This document shows positions 29,929-38,162 of a stretch of 64,000 nucleotides of DNA, one piece after another. Source of the stretch: a virus (taxonomy: Duplodnaviria; Heunggongvirae; Uroviricota; Caudoviricetes). Each line of letters opens with the position of its first letter. Positions within the stretch are counted from its first letter, which is position 1. The DNA is taken from IMG/VR virus record IMGVR_UViG_3300026549_001031; one strand, written 5' to 3'. The position numbers and the translations under genes were made by a program. The notes below the pieces were generated by a model, which worked only from the letters and a program-made list of their open reading frames with translations, did no database searches and was not told where the DNA came from.

Positions 29929-29961
29929 AAAGGCCTACCCATTGTGGTAGGTCTTTTTTTT
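29929..29961 (+). terminator. Intrinsic terminator
   Basis: Stem AAAGGCCTACC / GGTAGGTCTTT plus T tract. Confidence 0.85.
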
Positions 29962-30259
29962 GTTATAAACAGACATATAGGGTACTATTAGTGCTAGCAC
30001 TATTATAAGTTGGTGTAATAAAGAAAGTGAATAGAGGCAACAGATAGTTGAAAATTAGACTTATGGATAAAATTGATATTGACTATGGGTAAGCAGAGAT
30101 TGGCATAGATAATAAAATTAGTATGGGCATAGGTGGTTTATTTCAGGTGGTTTATTTTATATGTAGAGATGAGCATAGGTGGTAAGGATTAACGTGGAAA
30201 ACTACATTAGTTTATTATATTATATGAAATATAATAATTTGAAAGGGGCTTAAATTGGA

Positions 30260-31687
30260 ATGGACTATACACAAGTAGGAAAAAGTTGGTTCACTAAATA
30301 TAGACCGAAGAGCGAGGAAGATTACTGTGGAGACTCTATAAAAAAGGTGATAGCAAAGAGGTTTGTTAAGAAAGAGGATTTTCCTCATGTATTGTTTATC
30401 AGCGGACTTAGGGGATGCGGCAAAACTACATTCTGTAGGTTAATTGCAAAGCGTTATTTGTGTTTACATCCTCACGAAGATGGTTCACCTTGTGATGAAT
30501 GTGAGATGTGTGAGTCAATAAATGAGATACTTATTGGTGGAGAGTCTACACAGGTTGAATGTCCTGGCGTTGTTGAAGTGGATGCTACCATTGCAAATGG
30601 TAAAGAGGCTATTCAGGAAGTAATGGATGAGGCATTACAGCCTCCTGTATACGGTGACTTAAAAGTGCTAATCATGGATGAGTGTCATATGTTCAGTAAG
30701 GCGGCTCAAAACTCCTTACTAAAATTAATTGAGGACATTCCTCCTCATCTGGTAGTCATGTTTGCTACTACTGATCCTCAAAATGTACTTGACACAATTA
30801 AAAGTAGATGTCAGCTCATGTTGGAGGTAGGTAAGCAGTCAATTAAGGATATGAGCAGAAGACTTAAGCAGATCAGTGTTATGGAGGGACTTACAGTTAG
30901 TGATGAGGCACTTGAAGTAATAGCTAAAAAAGGAGATAGAGTACCTAGAGAGTGTATTAACTTGCTTGAGGCTATTGCAAAGACATATGATAAGCAGGTC
31001 ACCATTGATAATGTGAGAGACTATATTGGTGGTGATATGTCTGATAGATATGTTGAGTTCTACAAGGCAGCAAACAGTGAAAATGTCTATGATCTTCTTA
31101 AGTTTATAAGAGGTCTTAGAGAAAATAACATAAGACAGGTTGATTTTATAAGAGGTTTATTGAAATTCACAGTTGATGCACTTTATATTAAGAATGGCAT
31201 TGCCATTGATGAGTATCCTGTTGAGTATATTGAGGCAGTTAAAGAATTGTTCAATACATATACAATAAATCAGTTTGACATGCTATTACAGGTGGTTGAG
31301 CAGTTGTCTAATCAGATTAAGGCTGAAGATAATACAGATAAGTTTGAGTCTAGTCTTATCACAACTGGTATGAGGATTTCAAAAATTGATATGCTAGCAA
31401 AGGGATTAGTTAGTGAGCAATTGGAATCAGATAAAGAGAATAAAGAATCACTTTACAAGCATAGTCAAATGTTAAAGAGGGACAATGCAGCTATATCAGA
31501 GAAATTGAAAGTTGACCTTGGTATTGAGGAAATGGCAGATTCATTTGGCAATGTAGAACCTGTGGAAAACACATCAGGTTTATTTGAGGACATTGATGTA
31601 CCAGAGCTGAAGCCTGTTGAAGAAAAGGTTGAACAAATAGATACTGATAATAACATTGGGGATGGTGTTGACGACTTCTTTGGATAG
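30260..31687 (+). CDS. dnaX: DNA polymerase III gamma/tau-like clamp-loader ATPase
   Basis: KYRP, Walker A GLRGCGKTT, Zn module (C..PCDECEMC), DECHM, AQNSLLK and TIKSRC. Confidence 0.9.
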   Translation: MDYTQVGKSWFTKYRPKSEEDYCGDSIKKVIAKRFVKKEDFPHVLFISGLRGCGKTTFCRLIAKRYLCLHPHEDGSPCDECEMCESINEILIGGESTQVECPGVVEVDATIANGKEAIQEVMDEALQPPVYGDLKVLIMDECHMFSKAAQNSLLKLIEDIPPHLVVMFATTDPQNVLDTIKSRCQLMLEVGKQSIKDMSRRLKQISVMEGLTVSDEALEVIAKKGDRVPRECINLLEAIAKTYDKQVTIDNVRDYIGGDMSDRYVEFYKAANSENVYDLLKFIRGLRENNIRQVDFIRGLLKFTVDALYIKNGIAIDEYPVEYIEAVKELFNTYTINQFDMLLQVVEQLSNQIKAEDNTDKFESSLITTGMRISKIDMLAKGLVSEQLESDKENKESLYKHSQMLKRDNAAISEKLKVDLGIEEMADSFGNVEPVENTSGLFEDIDVPELKPVEEKVEQIDTDNNIGDGVDDFFG

Positions 31688-31728
31688 AGAGCAGTCAATC
31701 AAATAAATAGAATAGCAGTGAGAGTTTG

Positions 31729-31764
31729 AGGACACATATAACAGTTTATATGTGTCCTTTTTTT
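31729..31764 (+). terminator. Intrinsic terminator
   Basis: Stem AGGACACATATAA / TTATATGTGTCCT plus T tract. Confidence 0.85.
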
Positions 31765-31829
31765 GTGCATTAGTTCGAAAAAATAGAAATTTTATATTTT
31801 TAATAAAAAATAAAACGGAGGGAAAAGAA

Positions 31830-32654
31830 ATGGAAAAAGTACAAAGAGCCTTATTAACTTTGTTAACTGCTTTCATGGTTTGTACTGTGGCATTTAGTTG
31901 TCATACAACAGCATATGCTAGTTCCTTGGATGACATCACAAATAATGCATCAGCAAGTGATAATAGTAAATCCAGTGGAAGTAGTAAATCACAGTCACAA
32001 GATGACTACAATAAGTCATATATTGATTCATTGCAGTCAGCAACTAACTTAGAGGCAGAGTCAGCTAATGTTTCTAAGGTAAACAGCTATATTCAAAAGA
32101 TTGCATCAGTTCTGGTACAGGTAATTTCATATTTTATTATAGCATTCCTTGTAGTTAGAATCTTGCTTGATATTTGTTATATAGTACTTCCATTTACCAG
32201 AAAGTTCCTTGCCAATGGATATCAAGGACAGCCTTCTCAGGGTCAACCTGGAATGGGTGGCATGGGCATGAACGGCGGCATGGGCATGGGCGGCTTCGGC
32301 GGCGGCATGGGCATGGGAGGTTACGGTAGTAGTTATGGTCGCATGGGTGGCATGGGAATGTCAGGCATGGGCGGCATGGGTGGTATGGGAGGAATGCAGG
32401 GACAAGGAATGGCACCTGCAGGACGTGTTCAGCTTGTGTCAGAGGCAGCCTTAAATGCAGCAGCTCCTGGTAATATGGGAGAAGATGGTAGACCTGTGTC
32501 AGCATTGAAAGTTTATGCTAAAGACATGATGACAACATTGATCTTGACACCTATTCTATTAGTACTTGCTATATCAGGTGTAATATCTAAGCTTGGTTTC
32601 CTTATTGGATACGTTATAGCAAAAGCAGTTTCTTCTTTAGGCAACATGTTTTAG
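31830..32654 (+). CDS. Pilin-like (VirB2-like topology) membrane protein, paralog 1, with Gly/Met-rich loop
   Basis: GGAGG RBS before 31830, signal peptide ending AYA, two TM helices, LDICYIVLPFTR motif, and GMGG repeats. Confidence 0.6.
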   Translation: MEKVQRALLTLLTAFMVCTVAFSCHTTAYASSLDDITNNASASDNSKSSGSSKSQSQDDYNKSYIDSLQSATNLEAESANVSKVNSYIQKIASVLVQVISYFIIAFLVVRILLDICYIVLPFTRKFLANGYQGQPSQGQPGMGGMGMNGGMGMGGFGGGMGMGGYGSSYGRMGGMGMSGMGGMGGMGGMQGQGMAPAGRVQLVSEAALNAAAPGNMGEDGRPVSALKVYAKDMMTTLILTPILLVLAISGVISKLGFLIGYVIAKAVSSLGNMF

Positions 32655-32671
32655 AATGGAGCTAACAGGAT

Positions 32672-32995
32672 ATGAGTAGAACTAGCGAGGTATTAAAAAA
32701 TAAGAACAAGGTAGAAAAAGCTAGAAGAGCTCGTAGAAAGAATGAAATAAACTCATTACGCAGCATCTCAGCTTTTAAAGCTAAGCTTTATGACGAATTG
32801 AAACACATTGAGGTAATTTTACAAGATGAAAATATTGAATCAGTAATCATATATGTGCCTGATAGGTACATGGCTCAATTCAGTAATGCAATATATTCAG
32901 AAGATTTAGCTAGTTATGAAGTAATTCAGGATACAGAAAGTAGTAAAGAGGGCACAAATAGGTTCTTCATTCAGAAGAGATATGTTGCTTTCTAG
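32672..32995 (+). CDS. Hypothetical protein
   Basis: 107 aa; basic N-terminal helix; operon context. Confidence 0.7.
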   Translation: MSRTSEVLKNKNKVEKARRARRKNEINSLRSISAFKAKLYDELKHIEVILQDENIESVIIYVPDRYMAQFSNAIYSEDLASYEVIQDTESSKEGTNRFFIQKRYVAF

Positions 32996-33013
32996 TTTAA
33001 GGAGGACAGACAG

Positions 33014-33406
33014 ATGTCAAAAAATATGAGTTTGCATGACAGATATGCAGAGGTTTCAGAATTGTCTGGTATATCAGAAGAGGTAATCAGAAGAGTTTAT
33101 AAGGCTACACGTACAAGTTTAGTCTCATCACTTACAAGAGGGGAGAAGGCAACATTGCCTGGAATTTGTACAATCAATGCTAGTGTAAGAAATAGAATCA
33201 ACATTGGTGGAGAACAGGAGTCTTATATAAAATTGAAAGCAACACCATCAAGTGCTCTGGCTACAGAGCTTGATAAGCTTTCAGGATTTGAGAGTGCAGA
33301 AGAAAAAGAAGCAGAGCAGAGAGAAGAGGAAGAGAGACTTAAGATTTTGAATATTAAGCAACCTGTTATTACAGTAAGGACTAAGCAGATAAATGCACTG
33401 CTTTAG
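33014..33406 (+). CDS. HU/IHF-like DNA-binding protein
   Basis: EVSELSGISEEVIRRVYKA..SLVSSLTRGEKATLPGICTI..KLKATPSSAL follows the HU fold pattern. Confidence 0.65.
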   Translation: MSKNMSLHDRYAEVSELSGISEEVIRRVYKATRTSLVSSLTRGEKATLPGICTINASVRNRINIGGEQESYIKLKATPSSALATELDKLSGFESAEEKEAEQREEEERLKILNIKQPVITVRTKQINALL

Positions 33407-33422
33407 TAATTAGGTGTAAGAC

Positions 33423-34034
33423 ATGACAGGTCCAACTCATAGACAATATTCAATTTGCTTTGCTTGTTTAGCAGCGATGCTCTTCTTCACAATGGGTATA
33501 TCACATGTAAATTACTATTTAGCACTGCCTATTCTGTTATCTGCATCAAGAGCAGGGGCTTTGTTTCCTGATGTTGATCACAATTGGCAGAATGTTTCTG
33601 ATAAGACAGTGATAAATAAGATTATTAACACCTTAATTCATTTGACAGGTGGAAAACATAGGAGTTGGCAGACACATAGTATTGATATATGTGCTTGGTT
33701 TACAATTATTTCCTACATTATACCGAATAGATTATATCACGCAGGTATTTTGTCAGCAGTAAATAGAGAAGTGGCAACACTCTTACTTTTAGGGTTCAGC
33801 TCTGGTTGGATAAGTCACATATTTGCTGATATGTTGAACGGCGTAGGTGTTAGATTAGTATGCTGGAATAAATTGCATGTGGCATTTGTTCCTAGACAGT
33901 TGTTTGGATTGAGGTTCAACACTGGGCACGAGTGGGAGAACTTTAATTATAAATTAATGAGGATAATTAACGTGATTCTTGGGTGTATTTGTTTAATATA
34001 CCCTCTGATTGTCAAGGGATACATACATTTTTAA
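33423..34034 (+). CDS. YdjM-like membrane metal-dependent hydrolase
   Basis: MTGPTH, GALFPDVDH, HRSWQTHS and SHIFADML..GV motifs. Confidence 0.85.
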   Translation: MTGPTHRQYSICFACLAAMLFFTMGISHVNYYLALPILLSASRAGALFPDVDHNWQNVSDKTVINKIINTLIHLTGGKHRSWQTHSIDICAWFTIISYIIPNRLYHAGILSAVNREVATLLLLGFSSGWISHIFADMLNGVGVRLVCWNKLHVAFVPRQLFGLRFNTGHEWENFNYKLMRIINVILGCICLIYPLIVKGYIHF

Positions 34035-34049
34035 GGAGGTATCATTATT

Positions 34050-34907
34050 ATGAAAAAGAATATGAGACTAAAAGCAGTGCTTATATTGTTAACAGCAATG
34101 CTTATGTGCTTTGGGTCATCAGTAACAGCTTTTGCACATGGTGTAGGCAGAAGTAGTGCAGGAACAAGCAGTAGCGTTGGTACAGACACTACAATTTCTA
34201 GTTATCTTGGTAACATAGACAACTATAATGATATTGACAGGGATTTAAAACAAAAGATTAAGAGAAACTATAGCACAGGTTACAAAGCATATAGTCTAAA
34301 AGATGGTACAACAGTTTATATTGCACCAGGCAATGAAACTAATGTAAGCTCTACAATTAATAACCTTAACAGTAAGGCAGCGGCTGATCAATCTGCAGCA
34401 AATGAGCAGTATGTGCAAAGGCAGGATAGGGCAGCAACAGACCTTGGACAAATATCAGTTACACCTGATATTAAAAAAGCAAATAATATGTTAAGCGGTT
34501 TCATGCCATTGTTAGACATGATTGTATCAGTAGTAATTGTAGGTGTTACATTAGGCATGACACTGTTTACAGCTTTTGATATTTGTTACATTGAATTTCC
34601 TATCTTCAGGAATAAATGTGAGGATGCTAAGGCAAGTGGAAACAAGATGATGACACGTACAGACTCTAAGACAGGCGAGACTAAGCTTAGAATTGTAACT
34701 GATGAAGCACAGTATGCAATTCAGGCAGCAGATACAATTCAATCTGGACAGAATCCATTAGTCATTTACTTTAAGAAGAGATTCGTGGCAATTCTTCTTT
34801 TGGCAATTGTATTGTTCATCCTGCTTACAGGAAATATGTCCGTATTCTCCAAGATTGCACTCAAACTTGTTAGTGGTATCATTAGCATCATTCAGAGTTA
34901 CTCTTAA
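34050..34907 (+). CDS. Pilin-like membrane protein, paralog 2
   Basis: Signal peptide ending AFA, FDICYIEFPIFR motif, two TM helices. Confidence 0.6.
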   Translation: MKKNMRLKAVLILLTAMLMCFGSSVTAFAHGVGRSSAGTSSSVGTDTTISSYLGNIDNYNDIDRDLKQKIKRNYSTGYKAYSLKDGTTVYIAPGNETNVSSTINNLNSKAAADQSAANEQYVQRQDRAATDLGQISVTPDIKKANNMLSGFMPLLDMIVSVVIVGVTLGMTLFTAFDICYIEFPIFRNKCEDAKASGNKMMTRTDSKTGETKLRIVTDEAQYAIQAADTIQSGQNPLVIYFKKRFVAILLLAIVLFILLTGNMSVFSKIALKLVSGIISIIQSYS

Positions 34908-34927
34908 AAGGCAGGTGCAAATAGCTT

Positions 34928-35404
34928 ATGGACGTACAAAGTATAATTGATTCCATTAGTGAGAAGGCACAGTCTGATGGAAGTATTGACAGAATACGTT
35001 TCATTGAGCAAACGGACAATATACAACAGATTGCTAACTTCTTGTATGGGTTTGTAACCACAATAATATTACTAGTTGTGCCTCTAGTAATTGCCTTGGA
35101 GGTCATTTATATTTGCTTTCCTTTTATAAGAGATAAATTTGATAAATTACTTATTAAAGTAGAGAGCAAGGGCACTGCAAAGAAAGTGATTGGCTTAGCA
35201 TTAAGAGATGCCAAAGCAGCAGTGTATAAAGCGAATACAACACAAACTGGAGAGTCTGCATTGTATTTATACTTAATCATTAAGTGTAAATCAATGATGT
35301 TCATAATGTTTATCATCTGCATGGTTCTGAAAGGAACAACACCTATTATAATATGGGTATGGCAGATGATTAAGAACATACTTGCTAACATTTGGACATT
35401 CTAA
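34928..35404 (+). CDS. Pilin-like membrane protein, paralog 3
   Basis: LEVIYICFPFIR motif; two TM helices. Confidence 0.6.
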   Translation: MDVQSIIDSISEKAQSDGSIDRIRFIEQTDNIQQIANFLYGFVTTIILLVVPLVIALEVIYICFPFIRDKFDKLLIKVESKGTAKKVIGLALRDAKAAVYKANTTQTGESALYLYLIIKCKSMMFIMFIICMVLKGTTPIIIWVWQMIKNILANIWTF

Positions 35405-35416
35405 ATAGACTCACAC

Positions 35417-35465
35417 ATAGATGCATCTACTTTACATTAAGTAAGTGGATGCATCTATTTTTTTT
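35417..35465 (+). terminator. Internal terminator/attenuator hairpin
   Basis: Stem ATAGATGCATCTACTT / AAGTGGATGCATCTAT plus T tract, immediately before the next RBS. Confidence 0.75.
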
Positions 35466-35478
35466 GCAGGAGGTAGAA

Positions 35479-38139
35479 ATGGGTAAGCTTAAAAAATTGT
35501 TTATAACAGGTTTAATATGTATGGGTGCACTTGGAGTTACAGGATGTACAAATACAGACTTGATGACATCAGCTAAAAATAATTTAAGTACCTCTATTTC
35601 AGATAGGGGTACAGTAAATAAGGAGTATGCTGACCAGTTATACGAGGAGGGTATACTCACAAAAAGTGATAGGGATGCAATAAAAAAGTCTATTAACACT
35701 GTAGTAAAGACATACACAAAAGGTATTGAAAAGTTGGATGAGAAAGATGCATCCGAGAAAGATGCAATGAGCGTATTAAATACCGTGGCTAAGGCAGTAA
35801 GTGATTATACATTGGCTGGTAATGGAAAACCTTCCTATATAGTACAGAGTAATGACAATGGATCATCTACACGGTTAGATTGGCATTCTAATGCTAAGGA
35901 AGAAGGTGGTGGACACTATTGTCCTAAAAATGAGAATGATGAATTTACATGTAGTCCTAAAGTACACCTGATAATGGTAAATAATTATAAGAAAGAACTT
36001 AAAGCAAACTATACAGACTCTTATGTAATGAGTGATTACATTGAGGCATCCTTCTGGGGAGGTAGATGGAAAGGCAATCCTAAGTTAAGTAAACCTAAGA
36101 TTAAAGATGATGGTACATTGAAATATGGAAAAGACAAGAACAATTATGTAGATCCTATCAAGTTTTTAAGTACATCACAGGTAAAACAGCTTAACACAAT
36201 TTCAAAAGTTCAGCTTTGCGTATTAAAATCTAGCATTACAGAAGGTACATTGAATAATGATGATAAAAGCGTACCATCAATTGATGGTGTCTCTGAAATT
36301 ATTAAAAAGACAATAGATAGTTACAAAGATAACAGTATAGATTCAACTAAAGCAGCATCCATTTTGAAAAATTACTTTACAGATGTTAAGGTAGATGATA
36401 AACCTGTATACCTCATAAACAATGAGGAAAAAGGGATGAAGAAGTATAGGCTTGTAGATGTATCAAAGAATAATGATGGTTCACATACTGGCGTAGGGTA
36501 TGATCAGATAGTACCAGATAAAGAATTAACAGATGCATTGCACATATGCTATTTGGAGTTTAATGGGGACTTCCTTGAGAATATGAAGTCATTAGGTTTG
36601 GAGACAACACGTATGTTTCTTCTGAAAGATGGTTCAGCTTGGAAAGCATACCTTATGGAATATCCATTATACACTATTGATGAAATATCAGACACAGGTA
36701 AGAATAATAAGGTCAAAGCTACTTTTAAGAAGTCAGGTTTAGGAGTTAACTTATACACTCAGAAATGGATTAAATACCCTATTAAAAATGGTAGTTATGA
36801 CTATGAGAGTGGTGCAGAGACAAATGTGAAAACTGGATACCTTACATTAGCAGGTGCTAGCAATAATAATGCTACAGGCCAGGCATCAGTTTTACTGAAG
36901 GGTTCAGGTACAAATTATATAGTAGACGGGGCAGGTGTAAAGAGAAGCTTTTTAACAGGAAGATTGATCTTGCAAGATTATTTGGAGGCAACTTATGCAC
37001 CTGGATATACAGATGATGAAAATCTTGTTTGTTTTGGTAGAAAGATGAGAGTTAAGATGACTAACTCTAATTTCTTTAAGGATAAGAATGCACCTAAGAC
37101 ATCTATTAAAGATGATAAGACAGGTGTAACTTCTGAAAAGACAACTGTAAATTACAAGTTTATCAAGGATGAATCTTGTATAACATTTGTAGATCAAAAG
37201 GGCAAGCAAATAGAGAACTCACCTAGTTTGGGTATTACAGACTTGTGTGATGCTAGTGCATTGGACAATTCAGATTATACAAAAGCAACAGTAATAAGCA
37301 TAGTTCCGAATGGAATGAAGCCTGAACATGTAAATGCATCATTTCAACAGGATTCATTACCTAATGAAAATGAGTTGGAATCATATAAAATTGATGATAA
37401 GGGTGCAAAGATAGGTAGTAAGAGCATTACATCAATAAAACCTGCAATAATGTTTCCTGGTAGTTCAATTGATAATGGAGACTATACATCTGATTCCCCT
37501 AAAATACAGAGGTTTTATTGCTTAACTACAACTAAAGGTTTGTTTGACTCAGGTTTGTTTAGTGACTGGATAAATAGTTCTGCATCAACTTGTTCCTTGG
37601 ATTGGTGGAATAAGTTCCTTTCAAAGAATGGATATACATATAAACTTGATCATAATGACATAAATGATTATGTGAGTGGCAATTACAGTTATGAGATAAG
37701 TGAAAATGGTATTGTAGTACTAGACTTAAATGTTGTTGCAGCTATACAGAAGCAGTACAATAAAGAGGCAGATGCTAACAGAGTTATGGCTATAAGGACA
37801 GCATTTAAGGTAATAGGTTATATACTAATAATTTTTAGTATGTTTCTAATGTTGCTTTGGATTGTAGATACAAACATTGATGTTGGTGTTGGTTTCTTAA
37901 ATAAAGTAAGTTTTGGACATTGGCAAGCAGTTAAATACCCTGAAGATATACCTGAAGGCAGCCTGGGAGATGTGGAGTACATGACAGCAGGCAAATTGTT
38001 TATGAGGTGTTTGGTGATTATATCATTGGGTATTTTGCTAATACTTGTAAATGTGTTCGATATAGTTGAAGTACTTCTTAGGTTGTTTGGACCAATAGCA
38101 TTAGCATTAGAAGACTTAATCTCAGGAATGAGAGAATAA
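35479..38139 (+). CDS. Large lipoprotein with C-terminal TM helices (transfer-cluster component)
   Basis: GGAGG RBS before 35479, lipobox-like LGVTGC, and two C-terminal TM segments. Confidence 0.7.
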   Translation: MGKLKKLFITGLICMGALGVTGCTNTDLMTSAKNNLSTSISDRGTVNKEYADQLYEEGILTKSDRDAIKKSINTVVKTYTKGIEKLDEKDASEKDAMSVLNTVAKAVSDYTLAGNGKPSYIVQSNDNGSSTRLDWHSNAKEEGGGHYCPKNENDEFTCSPKVHLIMVNNYKKELKANYTDSYVMSDYIEASFWGGRWKGNPKLSKPKIKDDGTLKYGKDKNNYVDPIKFLSTSQVKQLNTISKVQLCVLKSSITEGTLNNDDKSVPSIDGVSEIIKKTIDSYKDNSIDSTKAASILKNYFTDVKVDDKPVYLINNEEKGMKKYRLVDVSKNNDGSHTGVGYDQIVPDKELTDALHICYLEFNGDFLENMKSLGLETTRMFLLKDGSAWKAYLMEYPLYTIDEISDTGKNNKVKATFKKSGLGVNLYTQKWIKYPIKNGSYDYESGAETNVKTGYLTLAGASNNNATGQASVLLKGSGTNYIVDGAGVKRSFLTGRLILQDYLEATYAPGYTDDENLVCFGRKMRVKMTNSNFFKDKNAPKTSIKDDKTGVTSEKTTVNYKFIKDESCITFVDQKGKQIENSPSLGITDLCDASALDNSDYTKATVISIVPNGMKPEHVNASFQQDSLPNENELESYKIDDKGAKIGSKSITSIKPAIMFPGSSIDNGDYTSDSPKIQRFYCLTTTKGLFDSGLFSDWINSSASTCSLDWWNKFLSKNGYTYKLDHNDINDYVSGNYSYEISENGIVVLDLNVVAAIQKQYNKEADANRVMAIRTAFKVIGYILIIFSMFLMLLWIVDTNIDVGVGFLNKVSFGHWQAVKYPEDIPEGSLGDVEYMTAGKLFMRCLVIISLGILLILVNVFDIVEVLLRLFGPIALALEDLISGMRE

Positions 38140-38162
38140 TCATTTATGAAAGGATAGGAACA

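Noticed and set aside
35392-35478. ORF-track upstream starts (35392, 31752, 21554, 1622, 57594)
   Set aside because: They overlap terminators or upstream genes, or lack an RBS. Downstream ATGs with clear RBSs were used instead.
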